Origin: an uncultured virus (IMG/VR IMGVR_UViG_3300021400_004415)
Taxonomy: Duplodnaviria; Heunggongvirae; Uroviricota; Caudoviricetes
Strand: one strand, 5' to 3'
Virus record (IMG/VR): IMGVR_UViG_3300021400_004415
Length of the DNA stretch: 64,000 nt
Positions 28,446 through 38,427 of the stretch are shown piece after piece; positions within the stretch are counted from its first letter, which is position 1, and every line of letters starts with the position of its first letter. Made by a program: the position numbers and the translations under genes. The notes under the pieces were generated by a model. The model was not told the origin of the DNA. It worked only from the letters and a program-made list of their open reading frames with translations, and did no database searches.

Positions 28446-28690
28446 TGTGCGAAAGCGAGTTTGTGCTAAATTGCCGAACCTTTTTCCGCCCCTTACGGGA
28501 TTCTTATCCCGCAAGGGCTCCGGGAAAAGTTTGGCAAATACAAAGCGCAAACGGAACGGAAGGGTAAGGCCGGAAAATTTCGACGCCGCAGGTGTCTTAA
28601 ATTTTACCGACCGTCCCTTCGCGGGAGGGGAAAAAGGGAAACAATCAAAGGAGCGGGGGGATGGGATGTAAACAACAAAAAATATTTTGT
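28446..28690. other. GC-rich multi-hairpin non-coding element (copy 2); candidate ssDNA promoter/ssi
   Basis: ttgccgaac 28471-28479 / gtttggcaa 28529-28537 encloses cccttacgggat / atcccgcaaggg; second long hairpin about 28559-28620; shares 11-mers with the 12.9-kb element. Confidence 0.6.
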
Positions 28691-28705
28691 TTTCTTTGTA
28701 AAAGT

Positions 28706-28735
28706 TTTGTTTTGATTGAAAATTATGTATCTTTG
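28706..28735 (+). promoter_or_regulatory. Bacteroidetes promoter of the tra operon
   Basis: TTTG at 28706-28709 and TATCTTTG at 28728-28735. Confidence 0.65.
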
Positions 28736-28753
28736 CACAAAATTGATTTTGTT

Positions 28754-29041
28754 ATGGCAATGAAAAGAAAGCCCCTTTCGGGGAGTGAACAGATGAAGAA
28801 TAATCTCTACACGAGCATCACCGGTCTGAAGAGCGACGCGGGGAAGAAGGGAACGGACGTGGACGTGGCGTTCATTTTTAACTGTATCGACGAGATAGTA
28901 AGGCGTGAGGGGCGCACCAAGCGTTTCGTCCTCATGAGCCTGCTCAGTTCCGGCCTGCAGAACAGTGAGATTTTCAAGGAGACCTATGAGGATTTCCGTA
29001 AGGAATGGCTTGCGTCGCATCCCGAAGGGTCCAGGGTATGA
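28754..29041 (+). CDS. Small hypothetical protein heading the tra operon (possible DNA-binding)
   Basis: ATG at 28754 just after the promoter; helical 95 aa. Confidence 0.6.
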   Translation: MAMKRKPLSGSEQMKNNLYTSITGLKSDAGKKGTDVDVAFIFNCIDEIVRREGRTKRFVLMSLLSSGLQNSEIFKETYEDFRKEWLASHPEGSRV

Positions 29042-29073
29042 TTAAACCGTATGTCTTTTTAAAATAAAGAATC

Positions 29074-30213
29074 ATGGGAAATTTGTTGATTATCATCTTC
29101 GCCTTTCTGGCGTTCGCATCCATAGGCGTGCTTCTCTGGGTGCTCTTCTCAGCCAAGCGTGCTCCGACCCGGAAGGAGGAACCCGCTCCTAACGTGGCTA
29201 TGATTCGTGTACGCAGTGCCGTTCCCGGCAAGACCGTCGTCGAGATTTATTCTGACGACTTGTATCTTGACGGCCCCGCACCGTTCGACAACGAGTTGGA
29301 TGACCCCATTGCTGACAGGGAGGAGACTCCCATTGAGCGTTGGCGTCGCAATGACCTCTCTCCCGAAGAGAGGGAGGCCCTCGCCGAGGAACTCCGTTCC
29401 CTCGGCTACACCGTCGAGTTCAACAGGGATGGCGCTCCGGAGGAGCCTGCCGAAGAGGGGACGCAGGCCCCGGCTCCGGCGGCATCGGCAATCGACTTCA
29501 ATTTCCCTAAGGACCCGAAGGACCTTCTTGCCATTGTCGACAACATGACCTATCCTGAGGAGGTCCGTAAGGAGGCGAGGCACCGTCTGGATAAGTTCTT
29601 CGAGAGCACCGGCGCCCCCGAGGGGGACGGTGATGGGGAGGACTCCGACGACCATACAGGGGAAGACGGACAGGGGACCGACGGTGAGCCCGCCGAAGGC
29701 GAGTTTGAGGTTGACCCCGTCACCGGTGCACCCGTCTTCCGTAGTGAGGCTCCCGCTGCGGAGCCTGTGCCGGAAGACATCAGGGAGGTGGACGAGTCTT
29801 ATATAGTCACCTTGGATTTCCCCCACGAGGACCATAACGAGTCCGATGATGATCGGGATTCAAGGCTGGCGATTGACCTGATGAAATTCATTGCTCACAG
29901 TTTCCGCAAGGGACTCGTGGATCCGGAACTCGTGGACTTCGCTGAACGCAGGCTTAACCTGAAAGTCAATCACGACTGGACTGAGGAGGAGAAGGCGCGT
30001 GTGGTGTCGAGGAAAGACGAGTTCCACTATCTTGATAACAAGACTATCGAGGAGTTTGATGCTATCGTCAGGGCGAGCGTGGAAGAGAGGGAGGGCAGGG
30101 CCAAGTCGGATGACTCCGCACCGAAGCCCAAGATCGTCAATCTCGGTTTTGACCCCAACGGCGGTAAGAACGACCTTCTCTGGAAGAGGCTTGAATCCCT
30201 CGACCAGTGGTGA
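29074..30213 (+). CDS. Membrane-anchored acidic protein upstream of traE
   Basis: N-terminal TM helix, long D/E/P-rich region; occupies the position of TraB/TraD-type genes of CTns. Confidence 0.6.
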   Translation: MGNLLIIIFAFLAFASIGVLLWVLFSAKRAPTRKEEPAPNVAMIRVRSAVPGKTVVEIYSDDLYLDGPAPFDNELDDPIADREETPIERWRRNDLSPEEREALAEELRSLGYTVEFNRDGAPEEPAEEGTQAPAPAASAIDFNFPKDPKDLLAIVDNMTYPEEVRKEARHRLDKFFESTGAPEGDGDGEDSDDHTGEDGQGTDGEPAEGEFEVDPVTGAPVFRSEAPAAEPVPEDIREVDESYIVTLDFPHEDHNESDDDRDSRLAIDLMKFIAHSFRKGLVDPELVDFAERRLNLKVNHDWTEEEKARVVSRKDEFHYLDNKTIEEFDAIVRASVEEREGRAKSDDSAPKPKIVNLGFDPNGGKNDLLWKRLESLDQW

Positions 30214-30243
30214 TATGAGTTACACTTAATCATTTTTATACTT

Positions 30244-30573
30244 ATGAAAACCAAACTTGCAACATTTTTCAGACGTGCCTCACTTGCGTCAATGAGCGTT
30301 CTCGCTCCTGTACTGGCCTCTGCTCAGGCCAAGGATGCGAAGACTATCCTTGACGGTGCTACCACCCAGCTTAACCAGATGGCCGGAACGGTTATCAACC
30401 TGATTTCCGTTATCGGCGCCTTGGCAGCCGTGGCTATGCTGGCCCCGAACCTGCTAAAGTACCTCAAGGGTGACCCTTCTTCCAATGACGCCCTTATCAA
30501 GGTCGGAGCCGGTATCATAATCTTCGTTATTATCCTGCAGGTCATCCGTATGACGATGCTTAACGGCGCATAG
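30244..30573 (+). CDS. traE: Conjugative pilin-like TraE (DUF4134/VirB2-like)
   Basis: Signal peptide plus two TM helices separated by 'KYLKGDPSS'; synteny with traF/traG. Confidence 0.75.
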   Translation: MKTKLATFFRRASLASMSVLAPVLASAQAKDAKTILDGATTQLNQMAGTVINLISVIGALAAVAMLAPNLLKYLKGDPSSNDALIKVGAGIIIFVIILQVIRMTMLNGA

Positions 30574-30905
30574 TGATGAAGAGGCCCCTGTATCGTTCCC
30601 TTGACGAGCCGTCCGCGTTCTTCGGAATCCGCGGGCGGTTCACTACGTGGTTCGGCATCTATCTCGGAGGGGCACTTTTCGCCGCATTCATGGTCGGCTC
30701 TGCGACGTCCGGTTTTTTCGGATTCCTCGCTTTCTTTGCTTTTGGAGTGGTTGGGTATGGCTTCGTGATGTCGCTCCAGTCAAAATACAGTGACAGGCAG
30801 TTGTCGATGAAGCTTGCTTCGAAGAGGTATGTCCGTTTCATCAAGGTCCCGCCTTTCTCTTTCCGCCACCTGTGGCGTCGGGACAGGTTGGATTCAAAGT
30901 GGTAG
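30573..30905 (+). CDS. traF: TraF (DUF4133/VirB3-like)
   Basis: 'LYRSLDEPSAFFGIRGRF' plus two TM helices, directly before traG. Confidence 0.8.
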   Translation: MMKRPLYRSLDEPSAFFGIRGRFTTWFGIYLGGALFAAFMVGSATSGFFGFLAFFAFGVVGYGFVMSLQSKYSDRQLSMKLASKRYVRFIKVPPFSFRHLWRRDRLDSKW

Positions 30906-30914
30906 TATTGTAAG

Positions 30915-33470
30915 ATGACAGTAAAGGGTTCACGTAAGGATTTGTATGATGTCTTGCCGGTGATGTCGGTCAAGGATGGTTGTATCGTGTCAAGGCGCGG
31001 TGATGTGACTTTCTGCTGGGAGGTTACGTTGCCTCCGGCTTATTCCATTACCGAAGCGGGATACGACGAGATAGTCCACTCCTTTGAGTCCGCCGTCAAG
31101 CTTCTCCCCGCCTGGACCGTCCTGCATAGACAGGATGTCTATTTGCGGAACAAATGGAAAGGCACCTTCGGGAAGGGCTTCCTGTCGGACAGTTTCAACG
31201 CGCATTTCGACGGTAGGAGTTACATGACTCACCGTCAGTTTCTTTTCCTCACTTTCGCGGGGAAACTCTCGGTCTTGCGGTCCAACTCCAGCACGGCGGG
31301 TTTCGGATTCCCGTCGAACCTCCTTGCTTTCCCGAAAGAGTCCGATATCGACCTTATGGCGGCCAAGGCGGCGGAGTTCATCACCGTCGTCCTGGGAAAC
31401 GGTTATATGAAGGCACGTGCCCTGTCGACTGAGGAGATAGAGGGCTTGGGAAGCAAGCCCGGTCTTATCGAGGAGTATCTGTCCCTTGGACGTTGTGACA
31501 ATATCCGTGACGATATCTATGTCGAGCCCGGACGTCTTGAGATTGGAGACAAGAGTCTTCTTGGCTTCAAGATATCCGAGTCGGAACAGTTTCAGGGCAA
31601 TTCCATTTCCAATATCACGAAGGTGGTGGAACTCTCCGGAGAGACTTCGAGTGTTTATCTGTCTTTCGCTTCCGGTATCGGTTCCAGGCTTGACTGTGAG
31701 CATGTCGTTAATCAGTATATCGTCATTCCCGACCAGCAGGAACTCCTGCGCGACCTTGACAAGCGTCGTCGCAAGATGCTGTCAATGTCCAAGGATGCGG
31801 GGAACAATGTTAACTCCAAGCAACTTGAGGATTTCCTGCTGAAGGTCAGGGAATCCACCTTGCTTGTATGTATGTCCCACATGAACCTCCTTGCCTGGTG
31901 TAAGAAAGGTGAAGAGGAGGAGTTGCGGGGTGATGTGTCCAAGGCGTTCGCCGGGATGGATATCGTCGGTTCAAGGCCTCTTGACGACCTGTTTTCTCTT
32001 TTCCTTGCAGGGTGTCCCGGAGGTGCGGCCGAATTGGGTAAGGATAACTACATGACTCAGGAACTGGTGTCGATGCTCTGTATGGGTATTAACGAGTCGT
32101 ATGACGACGGTATGCCCGGAGGTCAGTTCCTCGTCACCGACAGGGTGCGTCATATTCCTGTCCCTATTGACATACAGCTCAGGGCGCAGGCCTTACATCA
32201 CATTGACAACTTCAATGTATTCCTCCTTGGTCCTTCCGGCTCAGGTAAGTCGTTCTTCATGAACTACTTCCTTCGTCAGTGTTATGACAATGGCGAAGCG
32301 GTGTTCATGATTGACAAGGGCGGCTCCTACAGGGGCCTGACGGGTGTCATACACGAACTCTCCGGAGGGAAGGACGGTACCTATATGACCTGGGATATGG
32401 ATAACCCGCCGTCATTCAATCCGTTTGTCGGCTGGGAGGACTGGGTGGACGACCGCGGGCGTCTCCGTCAGGATGCGGATGGCATACAGGCTTTCCTGTC
32501 GGCTATCCAGTTCCTCTGGGAGCCGAAGGGCGGCTGGATAGCCGCTAACTTCGCTATACTGGAGAAGATTGTCACGGAGTTCATCTATATGGCGAAGGCC
32601 AAGGGTATGGTGCATCCTGTGTTCGACGATTTCTATCAGTTCGTTGCCAAGAGCATCATGCCTCGTATCGTTCCTGTCCTGAACGACAGGGGCGAGGTGG
32701 AGAAACTGCCGGAGAATCCCTTCATCGTTGCGTATAACCCCGTCACTCCGGACCAGTTCGACGTGGCCGAGATGCTTCGGGCTTTATCTTCCTTCTCTGC
32801 TGACGGGACGTACGCCTTCTTCCTTAACAACCCTGAGCCGAAGGATCTCGTGTCCGACAGGTTCACCGTCATCGAGGTGGACAAGATTGCGGACGGAGAC
32901 AAGACTTTCTATAGTCTTTGTATCCTGTTCATCATGAACACTTTCAATATCAAGATGCGCTCTACGGGCGGGTTCAAGCGTTTCGGCCTCGACGAGGCCT
33001 GGGCCGCTATCATGAACCCCGTCTTCGAACCGTTCATACTGTCTCTGTGGAAGACCGCCCGTAAGTTCCAGACCTCGGCCATGGTTATCACCCAGGAACT
33101 TGACGATATCCTCAAGTCTCAGGTTATCCGCCAGTCTATTATCGTGAACTCTGATACGAAGATTCTTCTTAACCAGAAGAAGAATGAGAAGAAGTTCGAT
33201 GATCTGGCCGCTGTGTTGGCCCTTACCGGGCATCAGAGGGATATCATTCTCTCTATGGGCAAGGCGCATGACCCGAAGCTGCCGTATTATACCGATGTGT
33301 ATATCGGTATGCTGGATTGTTACGGCGTCTATTCCATTGAGGAGAGTCCGGAAGGCGTTATCTCTTACGAGTCCGATATCGTCAAGAAGGAGAAACTCAT
33401 GCAGCTCGCCCGTGAGAGGGGCAGTATCGTTGTCGCTATAGAGGAACTTGCTAAATCAAAGAAGAAATGA
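30915..33470 (+). CDS. traG: TraG conjugative ATPase (VirB4 family)
   Basis: Walker A GPSGSGKSFF, 'IDKGGSY', Walker B 'LDEAW', 'KTARKF..ITQE'; N-terminal 'SRRGDVT..LHRQD'. Confidence 0.95.
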   Translation: MTVKGSRKDLYDVLPVMSVKDGCIVSRRGDVTFCWEVTLPPAYSITEAGYDEIVHSFESAVKLLPAWTVLHRQDVYLRNKWKGTFGKGFLSDSFNAHFDGRSYMTHRQFLFLTFAGKLSVLRSNSSTAGFGFPSNLLAFPKESDIDLMAAKAAEFITVVLGNGYMKARALSTEEIEGLGSKPGLIEEYLSLGRCDNIRDDIYVEPGRLEIGDKSLLGFKISESEQFQGNSISNITKVVELSGETSSVYLSFASGIGSRLDCEHVVNQYIVIPDQQELLRDLDKRRRKMLSMSKDAGNNVNSKQLEDFLLKVRESTLLVCMSHMNLLAWCKKGEEEELRGDVSKAFAGMDIVGSRPLDDLFSLFLAGCPGGAAELGKDNYMTQELVSMLCMGINESYDDGMPGGQFLVTDRVRHIPVPIDIQLRAQALHHIDNFNVFLLGPSGSGKSFFMNYFLRQCYDNGEAVFMIDKGGSYRGLTGVIHELSGGKDGTYMTWDMDNPPSFNPFVGWEDWVDDRGRLRQDADGIQAFLSAIQFLWEPKGGWIAANFAILEKIVTEFIYMAKAKGMVHPVFDDFYQFVAKSIMPRIVPVLNDRGEVEKLPENPFIVAYNPVTPDQFDVAEMLRALSSFSADGTYAFFLNNPEPKDLVSDRFTVIEVDKIADGDKTFYSLCILFIMNTFNIKMRSTGGFKRFGLDEAWAAIMNPVFEPFILSLWKTARKFQTSAMVITQELDDILKSQVIRQSIIVNSDTKILLNQKKNEKKFDDLAAVLALTGHQRDIILSMGKAHDPKLPYYTDVYIGMLDCYGVYSIEESPEGVISYESDIVKKEKLMQLARERGSIVVAIEELAKSKKK

Positions 33471-34477
33471 AAAAGTTAGTCAAATATATTCTTGCGGGCG
33501 TTCTCTCTGTCGGGTTTTTGCTTTGCCCCGGCAGGGAGGATGTCCATGCGCAGATACCCGTGACCGATGCGGCATCTATCGCGGAGAGGGCTACGCAGTT
33601 CGGGCAGCAGGTACTCCAGTGGTTTGAGGAAAACCAGAACGCCTGGGAAGGCCTCATGCATCAGGAGAAGCAGACTGCATGGCTCGACCAGATCTGCGGC
33701 GAGGGAGCCGTGAAGAAACTCACCGAGTATATCCGTAATTCAGAGGAGATGCTTTATATGGTTGAGTCTGTGAACTCCACCTTGGAGTCTTATTCCACCT
33801 ATTTGAAGTATATCGGTGAGAATATGAGTGACCTTGATCCGTCAGTGACAGCGCAGATGATGCGCCGGACCGGTTATCTTGTTGACAACGTGTCAAGGTC
33901 TTATAAGAGGGCGCAGGAGATATTGGGTGACAAGAGTCTTGATTATTATCAGAAGAAACAGCAGCTTGCTCAGGAGGCTGCGGCGGCCGCTGCGGCGGCC
34001 GATAGGCTTAAGAGAGAGACCACGAGCGTTTTTGATTCTGTCAACGAGACCCGTTCCATGACGGCATCTATGCTTGCCCTTAGTGGGGCCGCTACGCCTG
34101 AGAACATAAGGAAAGCGATGTCTTTCTATGGCACATATGGAATGAGCCCCGGCGCAAAGGATTACAATGCTTTCTTCGGAGATGGTTCCGGGGAACTTGT
34201 CGAGGTTAAGGAAGGAACAATCTCTGCAAGGGATGTTCTCGAAAGTTCGGATTTATCGAAGCTGCGGTCTGGATATGGCAATGTGTTTTATATCATATCT
34301 ATTCTTCTTGCATTACTGATGGCAGGTTTGTCTGTCATCGTCCTTATCAAGTGGAATCGTGGTGAGTATGGTGCCGGAGATTATGGCGAGAGGGGTTTCT
34401 TTTCTATTATGATTGCAATCATTGTCGCTTCGTTCATTTTGTCAATTCTTTCTGCTTACGTGGGGACTAAGTTATGA
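33467..34477 (+). CDS. TraI/VirB5-like protein with extra C-terminal two-TM pilin-like domain
   Basis: Signal peptide then 'AQIPVTD'; lies between traG and traJ; C-terminal TM-'KWNRGE'-TM. Confidence 0.6.
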   Translation: MKKLVKYILAGVLSVGFLLCPGREDVHAQIPVTDAASIAERATQFGQQVLQWFEENQNAWEGLMHQEKQTAWLDQICGEGAVKKLTEYIRNSEEMLYMVESVNSTLESYSTYLKYIGENMSDLDPSVTAQMMRRTGYLVDNVSRSYKRAQEILGDKSLDYYQKKQQLAQEAAAAAAAADRLKRETTSVFDSVNETRSMTASMLALSGAATPENIRKAMSFYGTYGMSPGAKDYNAFFGDGSGELVEVKEGTISARDVLESSDLSKLRSGYGNVFYIISILLALLMAGLSVIVLIKWNRGEYGAGDYGERGFFSIMIAIIVASFILSILSAYVGTKL

Positions 34478-35550
34478 TGATACTCAGTTCAAATTCCGTT
34501 ATCAACACCCTTGACGGTCTTAGGGGAGCTGTGGTGGCAAGTAAGCTTGCCGCTTTCTCGGCTCTCGCGGCGACTCTTGCCGCGGTCTTTGCCGGTATCG
34601 TTCTTTTGCGTCTTGCGCATGACTACGTGTCCGGACAGGGCCTTACGTTCTGGGAGCTCGTAAGACCGTTTGTGCTTTTCCTCCTGGTGGCTCGGTTCAA
34701 TACTTTTGTCGCGGATCCTCTTCACAGGGTTGTGAATATCTTTTCTGCCGGTATTGAGAGACAGGCTGACAAGGGCTTTGGCGATTACGCCGGGAAAGTG
34801 TCAACGTTCTTGGCGAATTCAATTTCCCAGACAAAAACGGAAGTGGGAAGGCATCTGGGTGGCGGTTCTACTTCTTCCGCGTCTCAGGCTGACGGGGTTT
34901 CTGGTAGTTCCAATAGCTCCGGTTCTTCAATCGGTCAGTGGTTTAGTGATAGGGCAAGAGACGTTGGAAATTATGCGCTTGAAAAGGTTAAGGCTTTCTT
35001 TGATTGGATAGGTAGGGGTGTAGCGGATTTCGTTACGACGATATCTAATATGTGCGGCTTTGGTCTTAATTCATCGGATATCGAGCAACATCCTTTTTTG
35101 ATGATATTGGGCCTTTTGTTGACAGGTGCAATGAAACTTGTCCTTTTTGCACAGCAGTGTCAGTGTTATGTGCTCCTAACCATACTGACTCTTCTTGGTC
35201 CTTTTGCCTTTGCTTTGTCTATTTTCCAGCCGTACAGGACTTCTGCAACCTCCTGGATTGCAAGATATATTTCCATTTCTCTCTGGATTCCGATAGGGCA
35301 GATAGTGATGTTTGTTTCATATAAACTTCTCGACATGGTGGCTGGCATGGAGTTGTCTGCCGGTGCAACGGAACCGCTTCTTACGGTTTGTGCAATCATT
35401 GTCTCCATAATGTGTATCAGGCAGGTACCTACGATGACCAGTTACGTTGTTGAGTCAGCAGGCAGCGGCGGGGCAGAGAACGGAACGGGTATCGGTGATG
35501 GCATGAATGCGCTGAAGGCTGCTGGAGCAAAGGCGCTTGGTAGAAGGTAG
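34474..35550 (+). CDS. traJ: TraJ (VirB6-like) membrane protein
   Basis: 'LVRPF', 'ILTLLGPFAFALSIF..WIARYISISLWIPI', 'QVPTMTSYVVESAG'. Confidence 0.9.
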   Translation: MMILSSNSVINTLDGLRGAVVASKLAAFSALAATLAAVFAGIVLLRLAHDYVSGQGLTFWELVRPFVLFLLVARFNTFVADPLHRVVNIFSAGIERQADKGFGDYAGKVSTFLANSISQTKTEVGRHLGGGSTSSASQADGVSGSSNSSGSSIGQWFSDRARDVGNYALEKVKAFFDWIGRGVADFVTTISNMCGFGLNSSDIEQHPFLMILGLLLTGAMKLVLFAQQCQCYVLLTILTLLGPFAFALSIFQPYRTSATSWIARYISISLWIPIGQIVMFVSYKLLDMVAGMELSAGATEPLLTVCAIIVSIMCIRQVPTMTSYVVESAGSGGAENGTGIGDGMNALKAAGAKALGRR

Positions 35551-35575
35551 TTATTGATTTAAAGAGTTTTGATAT

Positions 35576-36214
35576 ATGGGTAGTTTCAATAATCTTGTAG
35601 GTTACTTCGGTACGATTGAGCAGTCTTTCCGGAAGCTCCGTTTCTTCACTATCGCCGCTTATGGCATAGCTGCCGTGGTGGCTATCGGCTCACTTGTGTA
35701 TGCGTCGCTTTACGTTGCATCACACAATGACAATATCTATGTCGTGGATAACTCCAGCGGTGTAGCCCTGGCGGCCACCAAGGGCTCCGAGGTGGACCGT
35801 CCGCATGAGGTGGAACTTCATTTGACGGAGTTTCATCGTCTGATGTTCAATTTGCCGCCGTCACGGGCTGCTATTGATATTCAGATGGAATCGGCCTATA
35901 ATCTTTGTGACCGTTCGGCATTTGAGTATTACAACAACCTTGATGAAGCGGGGTTCTATCAGAAGCTCGAAGAGGCTAACGCCGTCCAGTGGCTCGTGAT
36001 GGATTCCCTGAAAATAGATATGAATTCATATCCATATAAGGAAATGTACTTCGGTAAGAAGTATATCCAGCGCCAGAGCCGTATCACGAAATTTGATTTC
36101 GTGTCAACCGGGCAGGTGGTTGATGTCGGACGTTCATCATCTAACCCTCATGGGCTTCTCCTTGAGAAGTTCCGTGTTATCAAGGACGAAAGGATGGAAT
36201 CAATATCGCGTTAG
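35576..36214 (+). CDS. traK: TraK (VirB8-like)
   Basis: 'IYVVD', 'FHRLMFNLPP', 'DSLKIDMNSYPY', 'RSSSNPHGLLLE'. Confidence 0.92.
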   Translation: MGSFNNLVGYFGTIEQSFRKLRFFTIAAYGIAAVVAIGSLVYASLYVASHNDNIYVVDNSSGVALAATKGSEVDRPHEVELHLTEFHRLMFNLPPSRAAIDIQMESAYNLCDRSAFEYYNNLDEAGFYQKLEEANAVQWLVMDSLKIDMNSYPYKEMYFGKKYIQRQSRITKFDFVSTGQVVDVGRSSSNPHGLLLEKFRVIKDERMESISR

Positions 36215-36218
36215 TGCT

Positions 36219-36368
36219 ATGTTTGACAAGTTAATGGAATTCTTCGGAAAGCTGGACTCCGATAAGGACAGGCTTTTCCCTAATATAGCCCGGTTCTTGG
36301 GCTGGCTCTGTATCGCGTTTGCGATTGTCTTTGCTATTATCACTTACAAGCAGTTCATGTCGATGTAA
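36219..36368 (+). CDS. Small TraL-like membrane protein
   Basis: 49 aa with one TM helix, between traK and traM. Confidence 0.5.
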   Translation: MFDKLMEFFGKLDSDKDRLFPNIARFLGWLCIAFAIVFAIITYKQFMSM

Positions 36369-36387
36369 TCAAAAAGGAGGAATTGTT

Positions 36388-37563
36388 ATGGCTTTACAGT
36401 TGGACGATAAACGGAAGAAGACGGTCATTGTTTTGGCCGTGATACTCGGTCTGTCACTCTTTCTTTTGTTCCTTGTATGGATGATGACTTCATCCAATGG
36501 ACAGAAGGAGGCGGCTTCCGCCGACAGCGGGAATGTCATTTCCGAGGTCCCGGATGGAGAAGGAACGGAAAGGGCTTCCTCGAAGGAGATTATCTACAAG
36601 TCCCAGCGTGAGAACAGTTCCGCTATCGAGGACTACTGGGCCGCTCTGGAAGGAAGGGCCGTGGAGGAGGAGAGCGTCGATGACGTCTTCTCCGACAATA
36701 CCCCTTCCGATAAGAACGCGGGCCACGGCGCTCCTTCGACTCAATCCTATACGACCGAAGGTCTGTTGAACAGTCTTGGCGGCTCTTCTTCGTCCGGTAA
36801 GTCCGAAGCGCAGCTTCGTTACGAGGACCGTGTCCGTCGTCAGGCTGAGGCCCAGGCGAAAGCCGACGCGGAGGCGGAGCGTCTGCGTGCCGAGTTGCTG
36901 GCCCGCCAGGGCGGAGCCACTGCACCGGTCGCCGCTCCCGAAGCCGCAGTACCCGCTTCCGCTCCGGAGGAAGAGGAACCGGACACGATAACCCTTGAGA
37001 GGGTACAGGTAAGGAGGACGGGGTCGGTGTCCACCCTTGATGACGGCTTCGTGAGTTCAAGTCTTGCGGGTATCTCCTCCTTGGAGGCTGCCGATGATAT
37101 CTATTCTGCGGAGGAACAGTATCCGTTCAAGTGTATGTTCACTCGTGACGAGAAGATAAAGACCGGGGACAGGGTGTCCGTGCGTCTTCTTGAAGACATG
37201 GTTATAGACGGACAGTTGGTTCCGAAGAATACTCATCTGCAGGCGACCTGCTCCATTGGTAAGCGTCTTGACCTCAATGTCTCTTCATTGGATATTGGAG
37301 GGAAGCTGATAAGCTTTGATTACGATGCCTATGACAATGACGGCGCGAAGGGGCTTTATTTCCCCGATACAGGTAATAGTGTTGGCGAGCAGGCGAGGAA
37401 CCTCGCATCTGAGGCGGTTATGTCACGCGCTTCTTCTGGTGCCGGAAGGGTTGCCCAGGATGTGATTCAGCTTGGACGTGTGGTCGTGAACGGCAAGGGA
37501 AAGGACATGAGTGTCAGTGTCCCTGCCGGGTATCAGTTCTATCTTGTTAAAAAAGTTCGTTAA
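36388..37563 (+). CDS. traM: TraM (VirB10-like)
   Basis: N-terminal TM; 'GDRVSVRLLEDM..VPKNTHL', 'AYDNDGAKGLYFP', 'AGYQFYLV'; aggagg before ATG 36388. Confidence 0.92.
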   Translation: MALQLDDKRKKTVIVLAVILGLSLFLLFLVWMMTSSNGQKEAASADSGNVISEVPDGEGTERASSKEIIYKSQRENSSAIEDYWAALEGRAVEEESVDDVFSDNTPSDKNAGHGAPSTQSYTTEGLLNSLGGSSSSGKSEAQLRYEDRVRRQAEAQAKADAEAERLRAELLARQGGATAPVAAPEAAVPASAPEEEEPDTITLERVQVRRTGSVSTLDDGFVSSSLAGISSLEAADDIYSAEEQYPFKCMFTRDEKIKTGDRVSVRLLEDMVIDGQLVPKNTHLQATCSIGKRLDLNVSSLDIGGKLISFDYDAYDNDGAKGLYFPDTGNSVGEQARNLASEAVMSRASSGAGRVAQDVIQLGRVVVNGKGKDMSVSVPAGYQFYLVKKVR

Positions 37564-37566
37564 AAT

Positions 37567-38412
37567 ATGAAAAAGATTGTTTTGATATTGTTCTTCAGCC
37601 TCTTCGGGGCTTTCGTGTGCAGCGCACAGCGTGATACCCTGTACGTGTCCGCCGATTATACTTCTCACGTGATTTTCTCTTCGGATCTGACTTATGCCGA
37701 CCTCTCCAACAGTCGGTTTGTCATAGCCAGGATCATCGAGAAGAATAAGAACCTGCTGGCTTTGAAGGCCCGCGAGCCTTTCTCGGGTTCATGCAGCGTA
37801 TCCGCGCTGGAGTCCAGTGGGACGATGCATACTTTCATCGTCGTTTACAAGCAAAAGCCCTCCGACCTTGTGGTTGACATGCGTGAGAGGCGTCTTCCGG
37901 GTGACGTCGGCATGGGTGGTATCACTGTTCCCGGAAGCCGCTCCGCAGAGAACGTCTCCACTTGGAAGACGGGCTCTGCCCCGCTGCTGGAGGATGTCTA
38001 TACCTATCCCCAGAGGCTTTTTCACATAGGGGAGAGGGATTATGATATTGAGGTGCTCTGCGAGGATATCTTCACGTATTCCGATATCACGTACATTATC
38101 CTGTCGTTGAATAACCGTTCCGGTATCTCCTACACGATGAACGACGCTTCTTTCGTGAGGGAGAACCGTAAGCGTGTCGGGAAGCGCAGCATTGCCAACG
38201 AGGGTCCTGTGTTCATTCGTTCCCGTTACGGTTCCCTGTCCGCGGGACCTGGCGAGTACACCAGGATAGTGTACTCTTTCGATAAGATGTCTTTCTATAA
38301 GAACCAAGTTCTGAGGGTGTATTTCTACGAGGAAGGCGGACAGCGTAACCTCGTTCTTAACATCAGTGCTAACGATATTAATAAAGCGCGTTCTGCGGTG
38401 CGTGCAAAGTAG
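37567..38412 (+). CDS. traN: TraN (DUF4138/VirB9-like)
   Basis: 'TSHVIFSSDLTYADLS', 'NLLALKA', 'LNNRSGISY', 'YEEGGQRNL'. Confidence 0.9.
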   Translation: MKKIVLILFFSLFGAFVCSAQRDTLYVSADYTSHVIFSSDLTYADLSNSRFVIARIIEKNKNLLALKAREPFSGSCSVSALESSGTMHTFIVVYKQKPSDLVVDMRERRLPGDVGMGGITVPGSRSAENVSTWKTGSAPLLEDVYTYPQRLFHIGERDYDIEVLCEDIFTYSDITYIILSLNNRSGISYTMNDASFVRENRKRVGKRSIANEGPVFIRSRYGSLSAGPGEYTRIVYSFDKMSFYKNQVLRVYFYEEGGQRNLVLNISANDINKARSAVRAK

Positions 38413-38427
38413 GATGGAGGTCGGACT

